Source of the DNA: a virus
Virus record (IMG/VR): IMGVR_UViG_3300022555_003222
Location: 32,001-96,000 of that record
Length of the DNA stretch: 64,000 bases
Direction: 5' to 3' (one strand)
Both the position numbers and the translations under genes were made by a program. Position 1 is the stretch's first letter. Each line of letters starts with the position of its first letter. Shown here one piece after another: positions 42,160-52,176 of the stretch. Below the pieces are notes generated by a model. That model was not told where the DNA came from, did not search any database, and saw nothing but the letters and a program-made list of their open reading frames with translations.

Positions 42160-42336
42160 ATGAAATCAGTCCAATTATCTGTAAGTTATGACGATCATCC
42201 TGAAGATGTGGTATTTAAGTTTGAGAGAGCCCTTAAAGAATTGGGTGTTGACATCGACATTGATTGGGGAGAGGATAGTCCCAAGTCACAAATTACCATT
42301 TCTAAACAAGAACATAGTTGTAAGGAACGAAGATAA
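42160..42336 (+). CDS. small hypothetical protein (58 aa; not in ORF track)
   Basis: MKSVQLSVSYDDHPEDV...; AGGTG RBS; TAATG coupling to next ORF. Confidence 0.5.
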   Translation: MKSVQLSVSYDDHPEDVVFKFERALKELGVDIDIDWGEDSPKSQITISKQEHSCKERR

Positions 42337-42536
42337 TGGAACGACGAAATTTTTTAGCCATGCTTAGCATGAGTGCTGTTTTACCATTCTGTGGTGAAAT
42401 CAAGCCGGTGCCACCACCGCCACCTAAACCCTTGCCACCAAGAGATTATCCAGATCCTAAAAAGGCCAACGGCCTATGCGAGAATAAAAAACATGAGCAT
42501 CCAAGAAATAGTAGTGCTGTCCAGGTCAAAGGCTAA
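42336..42536 (+). CDS. small protein with twin-arginine-like signal peptide
   Basis: MERRNFLAMLSMSAVL followed by a Pro-rich tract. Confidence 0.5.
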   Translation: MERRNFLAMLSMSAVLPFCGEIKPVPPPPPKPLPPRDYPDPKKANGLCENKKHEHPRNSSAVQVKG

Positions 42537-42927
42537 AGAGTTTACTTGCGACCGACCCTGGGCAGCTATTAGCATATCGAGTTTTGAAGGTGATTTACCG
42601 AAACTCAATATGTGTCAACGAGTAGATCTTTTGCAATTGATTTTTGAAGATACAGAATTCAACCGATCCGATTGTTTTCAACCAGAAGACGCTAAAAGAA
42701 TACTTGAATTCGTTGAGAAAGTAAAAGATAAGATAGAAGTCTTGCTTGTGCATTGTTTCGCTGGTTGGTCTAGATCACCAGCCGTAGCAGCCGCTATTGA
42801 TAAGATATTCAACAACAAAAACGAGAAAGAGAATATGCACTATTGGACTCACTATGAGCCCAATATGCTAGTGTATAAAACTATCGTAGAGACATGGAGT
42901 GCAGGCCATGAGGTGCCTCATTATTAA
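42493..42927 (+). CDS. Cys-based (tyrosine/dual-specificity) phosphatase
   Basis: HCFAGWSRS CX5R P-loop; PN..V. Confidence 0.85.
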   Translation: MSIQEIVVLSRSKAKEFTCDRPWAAISISSFEGDLPKLNMCQRVDLLQLIFEDTEFNRSDCFQPEDAKRILEFVEKVKDKIEVLLVHCFAGWSRSPAVAAAIDKIFNNKNEKENMHYWTHYEPNMLVYKTIVETWSAGHEVPHY

Positions 42928-43463
42928 AAATCTATTTCAGTGCCTTGATTAAAGTTGGTTGTAGCTAAATGATTCATGGCCTGTCCTCGATGTTCAGGCG
43001 GCAAATCCGTCCAACCATTAGCTGGTGCGCCATCTTTATAATACTCTAATCCGTTTTCAGATCTTCGATTTCCTGTTTTTACCCAACCTGTAAACTTTGG
43101 CGGAACACTATTGGGATTGGCTGGATTTTCAGGAGAGCCCATCACCGCTTGGGGCTTAGGCTGTTGTGGAGCAGCAACGGGCTGAGGTGCTGGCTGTTGT
43201 GGAGCAGCGGCGGCAGACTTGCCTTGATACAAAGCTTTATACAAATCCTGAACTCTCTGTAGTGATTTTCCACCATAATCACTATGTCCACCCATATCGA
43301 GTTTTGCAATCTCGTCTTCCATACCTTTAATCTGTTCTCGACTCCATCCACCCGCAGGCATTTCTGGAATGGGAGCATAACCGCTCCTTCCTCGCATTGC
43401 TGTCATTGGTCCTTCTAGTAACGCCGCTTTATCATTTAACCATTCGGTAAATCTTTTGAACAT
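42924..43463 (-). CDS. hypothetical protein with FTEWL N-terminus and APQQP repeats
   Basis: 179-aa ORF; GAGG RBS. Confidence 0.6.
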   Translation of the reverse strand: MFKRFTEWLNDKAALLEGPMTAMRGRSGYAPIPEMPAGGWSREQIKGMEDEIAKLDMGGHSDYGGKSLQRVQDLYKALYQGKSAAAAPQQPAPQPVAAPQQPKPQAVMGSPENPANPNSVPPKFTGWVKTGNRRSENGLEYYKDGAPANGWTDLPPEHRGQAMNHLATTNFNQGTEIDF

Positions 43464-43465
43464 TA

Positions 43466-46117
43466 TTATTCCTCTGATTTGGTTGGTTTATATCCTGGTT
43501 GTCCATCCAATTCAAGGATATGTAATTCATCTTTTGCCCTAGTGATTGCCACATATTTCATATTAGCTTCCTGTGCCAAATCCTTAGGTCGCTTTGCCTT
43601 TTTATGTGGGAACAAATCGTATCTCAAGATGTAGACACGGGAAAATTCTAATCCCTTAGACTTATGTGCTGTGGTGAGAACAATTGGATTCTCTTCTTCC
43701 ATTTGCTTACGATATTCTTTGAGATCTTTTTCATTATCTTGAACCTCAAAGGAATGTTTGCCAAGTCGGTCTTGCAACCATTGCTTGTACTGTCCAATAC
43801 TTGTTCTGGCACCCTTTTCATTAGCACAAGTTTGAATAGTCGTTAAAATGGCCTCCGTCGATTCCTTCAGATCTTGCAGATATCCTCGTTTAGTAGCATG
43901 ATTGCCAAACATTTCTGTTTGATCATCTAAGAATTCATTCATGCGTGACTCTAAATCGGAACAATCATGATCATCGGTAATTCCAAACTTTGCCATTACC
44001 TTCTTGAGATGCTTCAATAAATCGCCAGTAACATCCTTCCCTAAAATAATGAACGGTATGCCATTGCCTAACAATCTAAGAGCAGCATGCACCAAAGGTT
44101 CATTAGTACGAGCAATAAAGGCTGTTTGTTTGAATTCTCCCTTAGTATCTTTCTGCTTGAGGGCACCACTGGCATTATCTTGCTTAATGGTGCCGAAAGC
44201 ATCATCATAAGCAATCTCTTGATTGGTAACCGTACCTTCCTCTCCCTCTTTCCATTTTTTGCCAGACTTCAAATCTTTCACGTGTGTTTCGCCCTCTGAA
44301 AATTCAAGAATCTTCGGACGAGATCGGAAGTTCTTACTGATGCTATGCACAACATTATCCTTGTCGTGAGAAACATCTGTTAGCATCTTGGCAAGATTGT
44401 TAAAAGCATCTGCATCGGCACCTATAAATCGATAAATAGCTTGATTCGGATCACCGACAGCAATAACTTTAGCACCAGCTTCGGCCAACTTCTTCAGCAT
44501 GATCTTACGAGCTTCGTTAAAATCTTGAACTTCGTCAGCCATCACAATATCATATTTTGGCCAATGAATTTCATCAGCGTGAATAGCCGGGAACCAAGCG
44601 TCGTCTACAAAGTCACGCATTTCACCTAAATTGTAATCACGCTCTCTATGTTTGTATTTCTCATCTGTTCCGCCCGGCATTGTTTTGTTCATCATCCAAG
44701 TGGCTGCCGTTTTAATTTCTTCTTTGAAATCTTTGGCCATAAAGTTGTATCCAAGGATTTGAGCAAGATCGTGTACAATGTCATCTTTGAAATAACCACT
44801 GTATTTGTTAATTCGCTCCTTAATCTCAGAAAGCGAAGTGTCAATGGTATCGTAATCATCTAACAACGCTTCAAGACCCTCTTTTAACTTATCTGGCTTG
44901 CGAGGATCAAGAGCATATGCCTTAGCCAAACCCACTACAGTAAGAGTTGCTTCTTTGAAATTATATGTAATCGATTTAAGCAAACTCATAAGCGACACAC
45001 CTGTTCGCTCATACATCTCTGAACGACAGGCATTACAGTACGTAATGTTATATCGACCACTCTTCTTTTTAGCTAATGCACCATGACAGTGTGGGCAATC
45101 TAGTTTGTCTACTAGCCCAACGGACTTCATCACCTTGGCAAAACCACTACCGTCTGCCATAATTCTAGATTTGTCCAACTTGCCATTCCCCTCACCGCCT
45201 TGTAATCGCTGATTAATTCTGTCGGTCTGACCAATCTTGGCAAGATTTGGTTGCTCTTTGAGCAAGTCTCCTAAAAAGGCATTGGTTGTCTTGACTTCCA
45301 CCCATTCACGGGGAAACGACTCTTCGGCTTCAACTCTGTTCTTAGTATTAAAGACTAAATACAACCACTTTTGTCCAGGTTTGCCATACTTCCACGCTAA
45401 ATGTTTTAACATCGTAGTCTTGCCCGTACCCGCAAGAGCGTTAATCATCATGTGTGATGCGTTTGATTCCGACATCATACGCTCAAAACGTTCGTCAATC
45501 TTCTTCTGTTCTTCACTCATATCTTCCCGATTAAGAGTTTGAGCCTTCTGGGGAGCCGCCTGTTGCTGATAATCCGGCACCTTATCTTTTAATCCCTCTG
45601 GACTGTTGGCTGTTATATACTCATCTCCATTCTTTACAGCCTGAACTAATTGTGTCACTTCTTCTTTACTGAAAATTCCATTCTTGACGCCATTGGATTG
45701 GCCACTCAATACAACAAAATCAGAACGACCATCATCTCGTTTCGCCAAAGCAATATATTGATCTGTTTTCATCTCGCCACCATCACGAATGATCTTAGCG
45801 AAAAACCAACGACGAACAACATCAGTTGGTGCGGCAGGAGCATTGGGAACAGCGGGAGCAGCAGGTCTATTTGCACGACCACCACGGGATCTACGATTTT
45901 CCAATTCTTGTTCTAACTCCCTTCGGAATGCAGGAGGAATAAGACGATTGTTATTAATATTCTCTAAAGCCCATTGAATGTACGGAGCAGGAATACTTCG
46001 ATCAGTGTGATCTTTGCCATTGTGTTTACCAAAAGTAAATCGAGTTTCCTGTAGATTCAAACACCCTCTGAGAATAGTTTGTGCCAACCATGCTGGAAAC
46101 GTTATCTGATCACTCAT
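43466..46117 (-). CDS. UvrD/Rep-like SF1 helicase with N-terminal FGKH domain and Zn-ribbon insert
   Basis: AGTGKTT, DEVQD, VGDPNQAIYRF, NFRS, TAHKSKGLEF, YVAITRAK; CPHC..CNAC insert. Confidence 0.9.
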   Translation of the reverse strand: MSDQITFPAWLAQTILRGCLNLQETRFTFGKHNGKDHTDRSIPAPYIQWALENINNNRLIPPAFRRELEQELENRRSRGGRANRPAAPAVPNAPAAPTDVVRRWFFAKIIRDGGEMKTDQYIALAKRDDGRSDFVVLSGQSNGVKNGIFSKEEVTQLVQAVKNGDEYITANSPEGLKDKVPDYQQQAAPQKAQTLNREDMSEEQKKIDERFERMMSESNASHMMINALAGTGKTTMLKHLAWKYGKPGQKWLYLVFNTKNRVEAEESFPREWVEVKTTNAFLGDLLKEQPNLAKIGQTDRINQRLQGGEGNGKLDKSRIMADGSGFAKVMKSVGLVDKLDCPHCHGALAKKKSGRYNITYCNACRSEMYERTGVSLMSLLKSITYNFKEATLTVVGLAKAYALDPRKPDKLKEGLEALLDDYDTIDTSLSEIKERINKYSGYFKDDIVHDLAQILGYNFMAKDFKEEIKTAATWMMNKTMPGGTDEKYKHRERDYNLGEMRDFVDDAWFPAIHADEIHWPKYDIVMADEVQDFNEARKIMLKKLAEAGAKVIAVGDPNQAIYRFIGADADAFNNLAKMLTDVSHDKDNVVHSISKNFRSRPKILEFSEGETHVKDLKSGKKWKEGEEGTVTNQEIAYDDAFGTIKQDNASGALKQKDTKGEFKQTAFIARTNEPLVHAALRLLGNGIPFIILGKDVTGDLLKHLKKVMAKFGITDDHDCSDLESRMNEFLDDQTEMFGNHATKRGYLQDLKESTEAILTTIQTCANEKGARTSIGQYKQWLQDRLGKHSFEVQDNEKDLKEYRKQMEEENPIVLTTAHKSKGLEFSRVYILRYDLFPHKKAKRPKDLAQEANMKYVAITRAKDELHILELDGQPGYKPTKSEE

Positions 46118-46153
46118 TATATTTCACCCATTATTGCTTGTAAACTTATTTAT

Positions 46154-47062
46154 CTATCGCTGCTGCATTTTGGCCAACCGTATCCTTTGATTAATAAAAT
46201 ATTCCATCAATCTATGGAATTGTTCATATCCAGATTTCAATCTCTGCTCATAAGGCTGCATGTCTAAATCTTGATTGCCTTCTTTCCAATATTTAGCCCC
46301 AATACCCACCGGATCACTCATCCCCCATATAAATCTAGGTAACTTCCCCGCCCTATCATTAATTTTGCCTATTTTGTTAATGTCAAAAGACTCCCCAGGA
46401 AATCGCACAGAATACATGGCCGCATATTGCTTCGCATGCGCCCGCATCTCCCCAGGATCAAGATAGTAATCCACTATCCCAGAAGTATATTGGGCCAACT
46501 TGGCGGCATCGCCGCCAAGTTGGCCTATTTTATTACTTAAATAGAACTTCATCGGTCTAGTAAAATTAACCTGTGAAGAATGAGTGTGTGTCATCTCATG
46601 ATTAATCTGAATACGCAACCTCTTGAGCATTAATTGCACCTTATCATCATTAAAATCAGATGATTGAACCAAAGGCATTGTATTCAATTTAATTTCAAGA
46701 ATATATCCATGATTTAATTGAGCACCAGTAATTTCTTGGGTGGCTGGTGTCAATTGAATGACTATTCCATTCTTGGCAGTGGCATTTGGATGTAGTTGCG
46801 TGTGTCCTAACTGTTTGGGAATATCAATATTCAATCGTTTGTCAGGAGTGGATGTTGTACCAATATTTACCACTTCTGCATTTCCACCGGCTAATTCCAA
46901 CACACAATTGGTAAATTTCTTTTGTTGTCCCTGTTGTTTGTATTCAAAAAACTTTTTGACAGCATTGGTCAATAGATCAATGGCCCAATCTGATGCCATT
47001 GTTTCATAGTCATCGGATTCGTGTTGTAGGTCTACGGCTTCTAACCAATATCTAAAGTGCAT
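46154..47062 (-). CDS. HEXXH zinc metallopeptidase-like protein
   Basis: NHEMTH followed by YY..P.E..AH. Confidence 0.6.
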   Translation of the reverse strand: MHFRYWLEAVDLQHESDDYETMASDWAIDLLTNAVKKFFEYKQQGQQKKFTNCVLELAGGNAEVVNIGTTSTPDKRLNIDIPKQLGHTQLHPNATAKNGIVIQLTPATQEITGAQLNHGYILEIKLNTMPLVQSSDFNDDKVQLMLKRLRIQINHEMTHTHSSQVNFTRPMKFYLSNKIGQLGGDAAKLAQYTSGIVDYYLDPGEMRAHAKQYAAMYSVRFPGESFDINKIGKINDRAGKLPRFIWGMSDPVGIGAKYWKEGNQDLDMQPYEQRLKSGYEQFHRLMEYFINQRIRLAKMQQR

Positions 47063-47107
47063 ATGGTATCTATTGCCATTTCAAGCAAAACATGCTAGAC
47101 TACAGAC

Positions 47108-47521
47108 ATGAATCTTACAACATATACAGATCGAGAACTTGACGATCTCATCCGTGAGATCCAACAAGAAAAAGACAATCGCTGGTGGGCCAGAGTTTTG
47201 GCCGCTGCCAAGCAAGCTAAGGAAATACAAGAAGATTATTTCCAAACCGTGGCAAATGCCATGTTTTATCAATGTAGCAAATCCAGCACGCCGTCTGCGC
47301 AGGAAGCTAAAGAATTAATGCCAAAGGATGATACTGTTCGAGACATAGCTTATCATTTGGCTGAAATCGCATATGCAAAACATCAAAAACTACGTGATCA
47401 AAACGAAGAAACCCTTGCAGTTTATAGAAAACTCAAGAGTTTCTTTGATGAAGGTAACTTCGTGTTCCAACATACGCATTATGAATATTGCGATAATGGA
47501 CACTATTACAGAATGAGTTAA
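47108..47521 (+). CDS. hypothetical protein
   Basis: 137-aa ORF. Confidence 0.55.
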   Translation: MNLTTYTDRELDDLIREIQQEKDNRWWARVLAAAKQAKEIQEDYFQTVANAMFYQCSKSSTPSAQEAKELMPKDDTVRDIAYHLAEIAYAKHQKLRDQNEETLAVYRKLKSFFDEGNFVFQHTHYEYCDNGHYYRMS

Positions 47522-47820
47522 ACTTTGCCTAAGCTGGAAAAGTCAAACTTTTTCTTCTTGATCGGTGGAGGTGGCTCATCGCCATCTTTATCGCCATCTT
47601 CATCACCCATATCATCGCCTTCATCGCCATCTGGCTCATCTTCTTCATCGGGCGCATCTGCGTCAATATCATCATCGCCTTCTTCGCCATCTTCATCATC
47701 ACCCATGTCGTCTTCTGGTGGCACGTCATCACTGGGTTTGCGATGTAATCGAGATAGGGGCTTTTTATCTACGTTTATATCCATCCCCATCTCTGTTAAC
47801 CATTCATTAAATGTCTTCAT
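47518..47820 (-). CDS. highly acidic low-complexity protein with MKTFNEWLTE N-terminus
   Basis: Asp/Glu tract, basic KKKK tail; AAGGAG RBS. Confidence 0.65.
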   Translation of the reverse strand: MKTFNEWLTEMGMDINVDKKPLSRLHRKPSDDVPPEDDMGDDEDGEEGDDDIDADAPDEEDEPDGDEGDDMGDEDGDKDGDEPPPPIKKKKFDFSSLGKV

Positions 47821-47878
47821 AATGCAAATTCTCCTTCTAAGGAATTATAGTATCTAGACGTAAAAGTTAATTTTTTCC

Positions 47879-49324
47879 TTAGCTTTTACTTTTTTGCATC
47901 CTACGAAGATGCTTGGCAAGTGCCCTTTTATGTTGTTGAAATGCAGCCGGTAATGTTGGAATTACCTCTATTGGGGTTGCCTGCGTTACAGGGGTTGGTA
48001 ATTCGGCATGTGTTTTATTTTGATATTTTTCAATTTCTCTCTGTCTTCGTAATATCGGTGGATGCAATGACCTTTCTTTTGATTGATACAAAGCGGCTTG
48101 CGGTTCTTCTATCATCTCCGTAATTACACAATCAGGTCGTACCTTCTCTAAATATGCCTCAATGGATTTCTGTTTTCTAAATGTAGGCCAATGTGTGGAC
48201 TTTTCTGGTTGAGATAAAACCGTTACTTGCGGCTCCTCTATCATTTCTGTAACTACACAATCAGGTCGTACCTTCTCTAAATATGCCTCAATGGATTTCT
48301 GTTTTCTAAATGTAGGCCAATGTGTGGACTTTTCTGATTGAGATAAAGCCACCACTTGAGGCTCCTCTATCATTTCTGTAACCACACAATCAGGTCGTAC
48401 CTTCTCTAAATATGCCTCAATGGATTTCTGCTTCCTCAACATCGGTTTTTGCCACGACGCCTCTTCTACAGGTTCTATAACTTCCACTTCTTGCTCAACG
48501 TGCTCTGATGTTCGTGGTGTCGTTACACCCAACATATGGTTTCGATATATGCTTGTTAAATTTCTTCGTAAACTCTTTACAGGATCTTGTATCTGTAACG
48601 ACACTATCTCTTCTGGCAATTCTTCTACCTCTACCATGCTTGTCTCTGGTAATATCTCAACAATACGACTGCCAAGCATTTTGGTACGATAAATATTACG
48701 AATGTGCCTTTGCTTCGCATCCTCATACGACATGTGTCGTACTTGTGATTGCATGAAAGATAACTGTTGCACTTGTTCTTGTTCTGTTAATGCTGCAACT
48801 TCGACTATTTCTGTTTCATCTTGTGCTAAAATTGTTGGCACAACACAAGATTGCATATTGATTTGACGACGATCTCCCAAACTACGTTGTTGTAGTTTTT
48901 GTGGTGATACTTCTAACACCTGAGCCTTTAACTGAATAGCCTCCCGTGTTAATAATTGCTTCGACACATCTAGTTGCTGTAATAAATTAAACGACTGCAT
49001 TGTTGTGTCGTCTTGAGGTTCGGCAAGAGTGAAAATGTATTGTTGACTTCTATATTTGTCAATGAGCACTTGCTGTTGACAAAGAGTGGCTCCCGCTACC
49101 ATCGCACCATTAATAATAATTAATGGAAGATTGCCAGTCATATCCGGTTCATCTCTACCAGGACGATGAACAACTTTACATCTAAATCCCCTAGCAACAA
49201 ATCGTAATGACTCAATAAATTCTGGAGAAAACGCATCTAAAGGCATTTCACTCCAATCGTCGGCCGTAGTGTTTACCGTCCAAAGATCTAAATCAATTTC
49301 TCTCCACACTTCAGTTAAAGCCAT
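47879..49324 (-). CDS. hypothetical protein with internal 43-aa repeats
   Basis: 481 aa; RKQKSIEAYLEKVRPDCV..EMIEEPQ x3. Confidence 0.65.
   Translation of the reverse strand: MALTEVWREIDLDLWTVNTTADDWSEMPLDAFSPEFIESLRFVARGFRCKVVHRPGRDEPDMTGNLPLIIINGAMVAGATLCQQQVLIDKYRSQQYIFTLAEPQDDTTMQSFNLLQQLDVSKQLLTREAIQLKAQVLEVSPQKLQQRSLGDRRQINMQSCVVPTILAQDETEIVEVAALTEQEQVQQLSFMQSQVRHMSYEDAKQRHIRNIYRTKMLGSRIVEILPETSMVEVEELPEEIVSLQIQDPVKSLRRNLTSIYRNHMLGVTTPRTSEHVEQEVEVIEPVEEASWQKPMLRKQKSIEAYLEKVRPDCVVTEMIEEPQVVALSQSEKSTHWPTFRKQKSIEAYLEKVRPDCVVTEMIEEPQVTVLSQPEKSTHWPTFRKQKSIEAYLEKVRPDCVITEMIEEPQAALYQSKERSLHPPILRRQREIEKYQNKTHAELPTPVTQATPIEVIPTLPAAFQQHKRALAKHLRRMQKSKS
48098..48436. repeat. 129-bp near-identical tandem repeat (about 2.6 copies)
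   Basis: caatcaggtcgtaccttctctaaatatgcctcaatggatttctg at 48129, 48258, 48387. Confidence 0.9.
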
Positions 49325-49333
49325 AACTGCTCC

Positions 49334-49579
49334 TTAATATTGCTGATCCCTTCGAGTCATGTGTCCTTCATAATACAATCGACGAGCGGGATAGAAATGA
49401 ACTTCAGGCCATTCCCTGAAACTGCGCACGGGATCTGCCAGTATTTCGCCACCATTAAAATCCATTTCGGCAGGGCCTTCAAGCCCATCATTCAATAATA
49501 TAGTTGTCCACCACGGATCGGTGGTAAATGTGTAAGAACTCCACTGTCCAACTGTTTTATCAATCCATCCATTAGCCAT
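49334..49579 (-). CDS. hypothetical protein
   Basis: MANGWIDK..., 81 aa. Confidence 0.5.
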   Translation of the reverse strand: MANGWIDKTVGQWSSYTFTTDPWWTTILLNDGLEGPAEMDFNGGEILADPVRSFREWPEVHFYPARRLYYEGHMTRRDQQY

Positions 49580-49604
49580 GTAATTATATACGATTCGTAA
49601 ATAG

Positions 49605-49637
49605 AAAAAGCCCACTCGGCAAAGCCGAGTGGGCTTT
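49605..49637 (-). terminator. intrinsic terminator
   Basis: aaagcccactcggc-aaa-gccgagtgggcttt after the RRF gene. Confidence 0.8.
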
Positions 49638-49647
49638 ATTTTAGACG

Positions 49648-50151
49648 CTATAGTGTATTTAATTTCTTTTGCACAATCACATCCACTTCCTTAATGGCAG
49701 CATCCGTTGCTTTTTGCAAAGCCTTTTCATCCACATCATCTTTCTTGGCTTTTTTGCGAATATTACGAATCGCTACCCTCGCATCTTCCGCCGAACGACG
49801 GATGTGTGATGAGACTTCTTCTTTCTGACCATACTTCTGTGTGCTAACCACAACCCTGTCTTTGGAAAAAACATAAGCCGTGAAACCAGCACCAGAAATA
49901 GCTTTCGCAATCCGGCCCATAATGCCAGGATCTTCTTTGAGAATAAATGGATCAAAAAGAGAAACGGAAACTTGATCTTTAATCGCTTCCGTATTTGTCA
50001 GATGTTCCAAAGGAATCATTTGGCCTTTGAAACTGACTTTGATAGATGAAATCAGATTTGGACTAATCTGACTTCCACGAATTCCTCGCAATTGCTGCGA
50101 TAATACATCGACACTTTGGGACATCTTGTTGATGGCCTCTACTAAATTCAT
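49648..50151 (-). CDS. frr: ribosome recycling factor homolog
   Basis: KM..SV..L...L..IR....P.L...IKV...G...PL; AEDARVAIRNIR; LQKATD..I..VD....KK. Confidence 0.8.
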   Translation of the reverse strand: MNLVEAINKMSQSVDVLSQQLRGIRGSQISPNLISSIKVSFKGQMIPLEHLTNTEAIKDQVSVSLFDPFILKEDPGIMGRIAKAISGAGFTAYVFSKDRVVVSTQKYGQKEEVSSHIRRSAEDARVAIRNIRKKAKKDDVDEKALQKATDAAIKEVDVIVQKKLNTL

Positions 50152-50219
50152 TTTCTCATCTTACTTCTCCTGTAAAAAGGTGTGTCCTTATTGTAGTACA
50201 GAAGTAAGAAGATGTAAAG

Positions 50220-51269
50220 CTATCGGCTCAATTTTTCTTTGCCAAACATCCCAGCAGATATTTTTTGTAAATCTCTCATTTTTTCACCATCAGGAGCTAA
50301 CATCGTATTTTCTCCCGGCTGCCCTTGGCGATCTACCTTGTCGGTTACAATTGCCTCTAAATCATTGTCATATCCTATGTTAAACCCTACCACTCTACCC
50401 CGATGCCAATATCTACCACTTTGAGATTGAACCATGTCTCCAATGCCAATCTTTGCTGGATTGTGCCGTGGATCAGTAATCATTATCATGATTTGACGTT
50501 GACGTTCACTTTCTCTTTGACGACGAGCCTCGTCTTCTGCCCGTTGAGCGGCTGCCTGTTCGGCCGATTGTCTCTGCCTTCGTGCTACCTCTTCCGGTGA
50601 AGATGCAATTCGTCTGCGTTCGTCTTCGGCTGCCCTCGCAGCTAGTCTTTCCTGCTGCTCTTTAGCCCAATGTGTTTGGAAGGCTATTGAAATGCTGGTA
50701 AACAAATCGTTTTTCCTCTCTCCAGCATCAATCGCAGGTAACCCTTGTGGTACATACTTTTTATCATACGACTCTCTGCTTATCCACCACGTTGGATAGT
50801 CTGGATTCGCTGGATCACAAGGAACGTAATGATCAGGGAACATATTCTTCTTCATCCATAAAGCATAAACCTTCTTGCGAGCATCTTTGTTTCTATCTGT
50901 GTTCTGTTTTATTGTGGGAGCCCAAGATAATTGCTTTGGCTTGTGCTGACTAATGTAATCGCTCAAAGCATACACAACGCCATTGCCTACCTGCTTTTCT
51001 ACATTCGCTCCAGTAGCTTGATAAGCATCATATGATTTGTAATTTGGCTTAAATGCTACACTTACCGTATCACCCTGGTTTTGAAACGACACTTGATAAC
51101 AACGCCCACCAGTAGAATCCTTAGAAGCATCACACGCAGGATCTTCAGGTATGTTAAAATAGAAATACTTGTATGGACCACCATCTACCCATTGACCATC
51201 TTGCGGTGGAGTACCAGTTGAAAACAATTCATTTAATTCTTGTTGCTCTAAATATTCCCGAAAATTCAT
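50220..51269 (-). CDS. hypothetical protein with MNFREYLE N-terminus
   Basis: ~350 aa, charged coiled-coil linker, SH3-like C-terminus. Confidence 0.6.
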   Translation of the reverse strand: MNFREYLEQQELNELFSTGTPPQDGQWVDGGPYKYFYFNIPEDPACDASKDSTGGRCYQVSFQNQGDTVSVAFKPNYKSYDAYQATGANVEKQVGNGVVYALSDYISQHKPKQLSWAPTIKQNTDRNKDARKKVYALWMKKNMFPDHYVPCDPANPDYPTWWISRESYDKKYVPQGLPAIDAGERKNDLFTSISIAFQTHWAKEQQERLAARAAEDERRRIASSPEEVARRQRQSAEQAAAQRAEDEARRQRESERQRQIMIMITDPRHNPAKIGIGDMVQSQSGRYWHRGRVVGFNIGYDNDLEAIVTDKVDRQGQPGENTMLAPDGEKMRDLQKISAGMFGKEKLSR

Positions 51270-51329
51270 AATGACCATCCCCGAATTTTCATATCCCGGT
51301 TTTTATTCTATAGAAGTCCTAAATGAAAT

Positions 51330-51358
51330 AGACCCACCCGGCGAAGCCGGGTGGGTCT
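51330..51358. terminator. hairpin/terminator with GCGAAGC loop
   Basis: agacccacccggc-gaa-gccgggtgggtct. Confidence 0.7.
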
Positions 51359-51399
51359 TATCAATCTGCTTAAAGGGATATAACCTATCCCCCTACGCA

Positions 51400-51987
51400 C
51401 TACTTGCCCTTGCCCAAATCTCCTAACGACTTCTTCAACCCCGCTATCGCCGCCTCGTTACTCTCAAATCGCTTGATCCAATAACGACCGCCCTCTTCTA
51501 TCTCCTTCATGTGAATCTTAAAAGCACCATCGCCCTCTTGAATCTTGTCATCCATATTGTTCAAAGTCATCCGTAAAGCCACTAACCTCTGCCGATTCAC
51601 CTCCATCTCCTGCTTCAATGACTCCCGATCCTCATCTATCCCTTTCTGAATAATCAGCATTTGCAAATCCATCTTCTTTTGAACAGTTAATAACTCTAAC
51701 TCCAGTTTTAACTCTTTACGAAGAATCTCTATTGTCTTTTGCTGATTATCACAGATCTGTTTTAATATATCTTCGTTTAGTTTATTTTGTAATGTTTTAA
51801 GCTCTGAACTACGCTCTACACATATCTGAGCCTCCTGCTCTTGATTTAATTGCATTTGATCAATTCTATGGCTTAATTTGGATATACGGACACCATCTAT
51901 GATCGACATCGTAAGAAAACCAACCATTAACCCAATAATGAGTGTGATTTGCCACCAATGAACCCTCATAATACGTATTTGTTCCAT
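51400..51987 (-). CDS. single-TM coiled-coil protein
   Basis: N-terminal hydrophobic helix then long heptad repeat; GGGAG RBS. Confidence 0.6.
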   Translation of the reverse strand: MEQIRIMRVHWWQITLIIGLMVGFLTMSIIDGVRISKLSHRIDQMQLNQEQEAQICVERSSELKTLQNKLNEDILKQICDNQQKTIEILRKELKLELELLTVQKKMDLQMLIIQKGIDEDRESLKQEMEVNRQRLVALRMTLNNMDDKIQEGDGAFKIHMKEIEEGGRYWIKRFESNEAAIAGLKKSLGDLGKGK

Positions 51988-51995
51988 AACTCCCC

Positions 51996-52160
51996 CTATT
52001 TGCTGGCCACAACCTTGATCTCTCGACTGTTCCTCTTGGCCCACTCTATCGTAGCCTCCATCATCGTAGTTTCCTCTGGCATCTCCTGCCAAACCACCTC
52101 TACAGCATCATAGTTCTCCGATGCCAATGTAATTATATCAAAAATTGTCATCTCTTCCAT
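51996..52160 (-). CDS. small acidic protein (54 aa; not in ORF track)
   Basis: MEEMTIFDIITLASENY...; AAGGAG RBS. Confidence 0.5.
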   Translation of the reverse strand: MEEMTIFDIITLASENYDAVEVVWQEMPEETTMMEATIEWAKRNSREIKVVASK

Positions 52161-52176
52161 AGGGTCTCCTTATTTG

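Noticed and set aside
48098-48436. Diversity-generating retroelement TR/VR pair
   Set aside because: The repeats are in-frame tandem copies within one gene, the differences are not adenine-specific, and no reverse transcriptase is in the window.
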